Shown here one piece after another: positions 58,531-64,000 of a DNA stretch of 64,000 nt. The number at the start of each line of letters is the position of its first letter. The stretch's first letter is position 1. The DNA comes from Oikopleura dioica. Taxonomy: Eukaryota > Animalia > Chordata. The DNA is taken from assembly GCA_907165135.1 (NCBI GenBank), contig OU015567.1:3224001-3288000 (forward strand), given 5' to 3'. Both the position numbers and the translations under genes were made by a program. The notes under the pieces are model-generated. The model did not search any database and was not told where the DNA came from. It was given only the letters and a program-made list of their open reading frames with translations.

Positions 58531-61318
58531 TTAGTCAGAAACTGTTGTTGTGTTTCTTCCTTCTCTTCTGATGTCGGTTGAGTGCTCGACACAGTGGATA
58601 TAGTCCATTGCTGGCTGATTATTTGCGTACCAGGCGCATTCTTGGCCGACTTTGCATTTACTAAAGAGGGTAAGGATTGAATCGAGATTCTCAGTTTTAC
58701 CATTCGAGCCAACCATCCCACTTCACAAAGTTCTGAGTTCCGAATCGAAGCTCCCAGTTCTTTCCATCCCAGCTAGGACACTGTAGATGACAGAATTGAT
58801 CTGTTTCGAGGCACGGAACCACGACTTTTTCTCCAATGAGAAGGGAGTCCTTTGGATCGCCACACTTGCCGACGCAGTTGCATTGATGAGTTTGGTCAAA
58901 TGTTGGCCTGAAGTAAAAATCTTGCTTAACGATCATTTTCTTTTTTTTTTACTTGTAGCTGGTGTTGATACTGCAGGTTGTATATTTGTTCATGCCGTAG
59001 CACTCCAAATAATGAGAATCTGGGCATTTTGCTTCGCAAACTGTTCCAAGCGGATTCTTTCTCAAATACGTCTTACTGACGATTTTATTCAGCTCAGGAT
59101 CAGGATGCATGCAATCGTAGTAGCTTCCGACAACGTTCAGTTCTCGTTTCGTAAAGAGTGTTTTTGGTGCCATACAATCGTCTTTTTGGCACTTGCAGGT
59201 TGGGAAGTAATCCCAGGTTCCTGTGGAAAGACATCTGATTTTTCCCGGTTGATGTTCTTTCTCGAACATGGGGTATTTATCCTCGGGTCCGCAGATTCCG
59301 ACGCGATTGTTGACCTTGCACTCGATTTCGCAGATGGTTCCGGCAAACCAATGGACGTTCTTGCCTTTTTGAGGATATTTTTTGCATATTTATATCAGTC
59401 GTCTTGTAGACGTAGTATGTCATGAGTCCTGACTCAGGACTACAAAAAACATCTAAACAATAAATGGTTTATGGTTATGAAATCCTTTCCTTTCGAAAGC
59501 TCATGATTCTTCCTTCCTTTGCATTTCCAAACACCTCCAAGAACTTTGCTCTGATCACCAATATTGCAAGTTTGAAGTTCAGGCAAGTCTGTAGGTCTCT
59601 GAGTTGGTGCTGCAACAGTTGGCCCGATTGGAGCATGGACGCTGTCTGGTTTTATATGGCCGCCAACTTGTCCGGGAATTTTCGTAGCAGCAGGTTTATG
59701 AGGAATCTCAAGAGGATGTCCAGCCTCTGGTTGACCAGCTGGTGGTGGATGGTCACCACCGTCGATACAATTGTCAAGTTTGAAAAAGACGCGGACGTTG
59801 ACAGTCGATCGGAATTCAAGCCCATCAGGACAGGGCTCGTCGAACATGGTCGGCTTCTCAACTTCTCGATTTGATCCCAAGGAAGCAAAGAGACTCGCTT
59901 GATCAATTTCAGCATCGTCTGTCCAGTACCATGCGTATTGGCCGCCGAGCAGCTCGCCGATCGCCCATTTTCCTTGACGGAAATAAAGATATTTTCCGTG
60001 AGGATGATTAGAAATGTACGCCATTCGTCCATTGTACATCCCGATATGTTGGAAAATCACATTTGTGTCCGATTTGCCCAAATCAACGGAGAATTTAGTA
60101 CAGCAACTTGTGAAAATCGTATCATTGCAGCCGTCCTCATCACTTCCATCTTCGCAGTCAACGTAACCGTCGCAATGACGATGGGCAAAAAGAGGCTCTC
60201 CGTTTCGACAGGTGGTCCATTGATGACCGCAGCCGTCATTGCAACCATAGGCTTTGCAGATCTTTGCTGCATCCATTGAGGTGAGTCGAAGTCGATTGGG
60301 TTTTATTTCGGACCCGTCTTTTTTCGTCATGACGGGGTTTCGAGAACCGTCTCTGTTGACCTGCCCGAGGTGGTAAGTACCAAAGTGGAGGACCGACCGG
60401 TAATCGTATGGCAATCCAAGATCTTCATTCAGCTCAAACGGCAGCTTGAGAAAAGCGTAGTCCCTGCCAACTCCGACGGAGGACCAATCAATGTCGACGT
60501 AATCGTCTCGGTCCGGCCGCATGTGTTCGTAGGTGAAGCCAAGCGCAGTCATCAAATAAGCACCGATGTGTCCTCCTGAAGAGCATTTTTCAACCCAGCC
60601 GATGTCCTGATCTCCTTCTTCCTGAGCGCCAATGTACGAGAAGCACGGAAGCTTTTGATTTCCGACCAATCGAAGACGATGAGTGTATCGTCTTCGATGT
60701 CTTCTTTCAATTTCTACGAATTTGACGCATTTGTTGAGCTCCTTGTTGATCCAATCAACTCGCTCCCAAGTGTTCAGAGGGGTGAGAATGTTCTCGACAA
60801 AACTGTCGTCTTGCCAAATTGGGACGATCCAGGCACCTTCTTTGTCTTTTTTGAACTGCCATTTTTTGATGTCAGCGCGCATCGCTCCTCGACCCTCTAA
60901 AGTAGGACGGGGAGGATCAGCGGCGGAAATCCAGGCGTCGATAGGCTTTAAAAAGGGTCGAGAAATCATCCTGGAAAATATGTGTGCTGAGAAATATTGT
61001 TTATTTAATTGTTTTTTTACTGAAAACCTTAATTTATTCCAAAAATTTAATCTTTTAAATTTTTTTCAAGGCCGAATTTCGATGTCAATTACAGACCATG
61101 ACTGACCGACATATGCGGAGGGTCTTGACTTCCATAAACCCTTCCTTGACCATTCTAGCGTTCGGCGGAATTCCCATAATTTCTTCATACGTCTCAGCCA
61201 CATTTGGCGTGATCAGCGCTTCCCCGACAACTTCATTAAAATCCCCCAAATCTTCTCTAAGATCAACTTTTTCTCTCGCCGAAGCCTGCAAAATCAAAGC
61301 ACTAGAAATCAACTTCAT
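58531..61318 (-). CDS. Astacin-like pseudo-protease with LDLa and Cys-rich/CCP-like C-terminal modules
   Basis: ORF 59440-60969: CFSYIG, GAYLMTALGFTYEHMRPDRDDYV, PYDYRSVLHF; LDLa WTTCRNGEPL..HRHCDGYVDCEDGSDE; further Cys-rich exons down to 58531. Confidence 0.8.
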
Positions 61319-61749
61319 ATTCCCGTCTTATCGAAAGGAATATTTTTGCGTTGTGAAGGTTTTTGCGGGAATCTTGGCGGAGCTGGACTAAGTTTGGAGG
61401 AATAATATTATGGTTTCTTGTAATCGGGGCTCGATTTTCCAAATCCTCTTTATCGTTACCAAATACACAACCACGTCAGAAATCTTTTTGGAGGAAACGA
61501 CCCCAACCAGGTTTTGCGCGTAATACAATTTTTTGATCAGAAGAGTAAAGAGGGGAAATGCAGCGTCATTCACGAGAAATTTCGATAACTGATGCCTTTT
61601 TTCGCAATAAATTATATGCTCTTTTTGATAAGGTCCACTTTCCACTAGCGATTAAATTTTATTTGATGAGCAACAAAATATATTGCCCGATTAGGTTATT
61701 ACGGAGAAATTTATTGAACGAATAAACGGGTAACAAAAAAGTGATTATA

Positions 61750-62680
61750 TAATCATACTAAGCCCGGGTGGACCAGATCAAAGACCGGAACCTTCAGGCT
61801 CACAGAATGTTAAGAAATCCTCTTCGTTGTAAATCTTGTGTTTGAACTCGCCGGTCATTTTCTTGCAAATGATGTTTCCATCCATCTCTGTTCCCAGAGC
61901 CGGACAAATGAGCTACATTAATACTTTATCGGGCCATAAATTCGACCACTGACCTTGAAAACTCGGTCTCCGTTCTGTTTCTGCTTGACAAAGATCCACT
62001 CTCCTCCGATTGCTTCTGGAGGGTCACAGTAAGGAAGACAAAGAGTTTCCAAAAGATTTGATGGTTTTACTTTGAGCGTGCCGATGTTTGACATGCACGT
62101 TGCTTTTGCTTTTCTGCCATAGTCGTGGCATCGAAGCTCGAATCGGGCGAGCTTGTGTGGCGGTCTTTTTCCGTGGCGCTTGAGAATGAAGGCACCCTAG
62201 AATCAGCTTTTGGTGAGGACTCTTCCAATTTCTACGTTACCATTGGAAAGAGAGTTTCATCATAAAATGGCTTGCACTTGTCCTCCAAAACTTCAAAGCA
62301 GCTTTGTTCTCCTTTAATTTTCGTCACTGTCTTTGGCTCTGGTCGGCATTGAACGAAAAACTCGGACTTTTTCCATTGGGCTTCATGTTCGATGTCGTCG
62401 TCACAGTGCGCTGCGCACGAGATAGTATGATGAGGGACAGGAGAATCGAGAAAATCGCAACTGAATTCGCCGTTTTGGATCGGATTCGCGTAGAGAACGT
62501 CTTGAACAGCTGATTTGCAAGCTTCGAACTAGGATTTAACGCTTTTAGCAACTGGGTTCCTTAATTTTCCAATATTCTCTTTGTCAATACCTGAGCAAAT
62601 TGAGCTACTTCATCCATTCTTTCAAAGTCGATCTTCCATCCCGCCCAGATGGTGGCTAGAATAACTGCTAGAATCTTCAT
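61750..62680 (-). CDS. Secreted protein with CCP/sushi-like Cys modules
   Basis: Signal MKILAVILATIWAG; exons with PIQNGEFSC..ISCAAHC..QW..VQC and LCLPYCDPP..LICP..GNIICK. 3' end approximate. Confidence 0.5.
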
Positions 62681-63213
62681 TTTGACTCAATATTGAAAAA
62701 AGACGAAACTAGTCAATTGTCAAAATGAGAAAGATTAATTCTGAGGCTTAGCGGAACGTCTTCAAGATATTTATTTTACAATTCTCCACTTTTTAGTAGA
62801 ATCATAAAACTCACGGCTTCACCTTTCGCCATTCCGCCTGAGCGTTGCAAAATATAACAACATAATCATCACCCGAAAAATGTGCTTTCTTGGGAAATTG
62901 CTTTATTGCTCTGAGTTTCGTCACAAACCACTTTTATCTTGCCTGCTCAATCATCGTCTTTTCCTCCCGATACGGGTTTCACAACTTTATGAAAATCCCA
63001 AAAGGTTAACCCATCAATATCAGATACGAAAGAAACAAATTGGAAGTAAAATAATCATAAAAATTTATTAAAAATAGAAATTCGAATAACTATGAGGAGT
63101 AAACAGATTGAAGACCAGCTTGAAGACTTGTAAAAGAAGCGACAGCTGAGTGAAGATTTTGACTTGAATTCTGTCGCAGAACATTTGACGTTTCGTTTCG
63201 CTTTACTTCTTTC

Positions 63214-64000
63214 TTAAAATTTATTTGATAACTGAACTGGTTGATGTTTTCTTACGCTTGCTCTTGCTTTAAGAATATCATTGAAGATCAAGTCTAATCC
63301 CCTCTGCTTCGAAGCTCGTGGTTCCTCGAAGGAGTCCACGGAGGAGTGCTGGGACAAGTTTCCAGTCTGCGATGATTTTTCATCTTCCTTTAACATGTCT
63401 TCAAAGCTGTCAGATCTGTTTGAGCGCTGAGCGCGTATGGTCGAACAAGATGAGTTTCTTGAAGCCGTGGTCAATGATAAAAGAGACGTCTTCCCCGCTG
63501 CTCGTTTTGATTGGCGGCTTGTTCGGAGCGCTGATGTTCTCACTTCGCTTTTTATGGGTTAGAAATTGTCAAGGAAGAAAAATTAAAAAAGAAATCATTA
63601 AATTTAACCCTTCCTTTCATAATCTGATTCGAACTTGTCCATATTTTCTGCTTCTTCGTCGAATATTTCCGGGCATTTTTCTCGAATAAGTTGCATTGCT
63701 TTAGTTTGTCGTGAGGCTGATCCTCCAGCGAATAATTCTATTCCAGTTGCTGATGCAGCGAATTCTAAGTCTCCTTGCTCCGTTATACTGAAAAAATGCA
63801 ATCAAAAAAAAAATGGGAAAGGTACTTACGCGTTTAAATTTTTGTATCTGTTCTCGTCAAGCCCCTTTCGTTGGAGACTTCGTCTATTTACTGGCATTGA
63901 TTCTGATCCGACACTTGATCTCTTCTCTTCATCGGATAATCCCAATTTTTTCTTTCTCAAGCTAACTCGCTCTTTCTCTGATGCTATTGACTTCACTGGC
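63214..64000 (-). CDS. 3' part of an unknown low-complexity Ser/Arg/Glu-rich protein running off the window
   Basis: Open exons at 63214-63543, ~63604-63790 and ~63830-64000 linked by short introns. Confidence 0.45.

Overview
Eukaryotic, gene-dense animal DNA with mostly ~40-55 nt GT-AG introns, very short intergenic gaps and operon-like co-oriented genes. This is most consistent with a larvacean tunicate such as Oikopleura dioica (inference from gene architecture and content, not from a database hit). About 30 protein genes or fragments are supportable. They include two eEF1A paralogs with degenerate GTPase motifs interleaved with three copies of an unknown membrane-protein gene, a C2H2 zinc-finger gene, a TSP1/EGF protein, a tandem CBM2-like protein, purple acid phosphatase, C-type lectins, a FoxO-like forkhead gene, a secreted ComEC-type metallo-beta-lactamase, a bacterial-type six-hairpin glycosidase-like protein, PLAC8, COA3, B4GALNT, CHPF, an inverted pair of secreted proteins, a GH144-like glucanase, an EGF pro-ligand-like protein, a damaged kringle/trypsin gene, troponin I and an astacin lacking its zinc ligands. 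Mobile DNA is abundant but non-autonomous: five clear hAT-type MITEs with 8-bp target-site duplications (TSDs), a sixth possible one, a Tc1/mariner-type MITE, a TTAA-flanked MITE and a 2.3-kb nested foldback element. The most striking signal is several intron-containing genes built from bacterial-type carbohydrate or nuclease modules. No rRNA, tRNA or CRISPR array was found. Exon boundaries were read by eye and family assignments are motif recognition without database searches.
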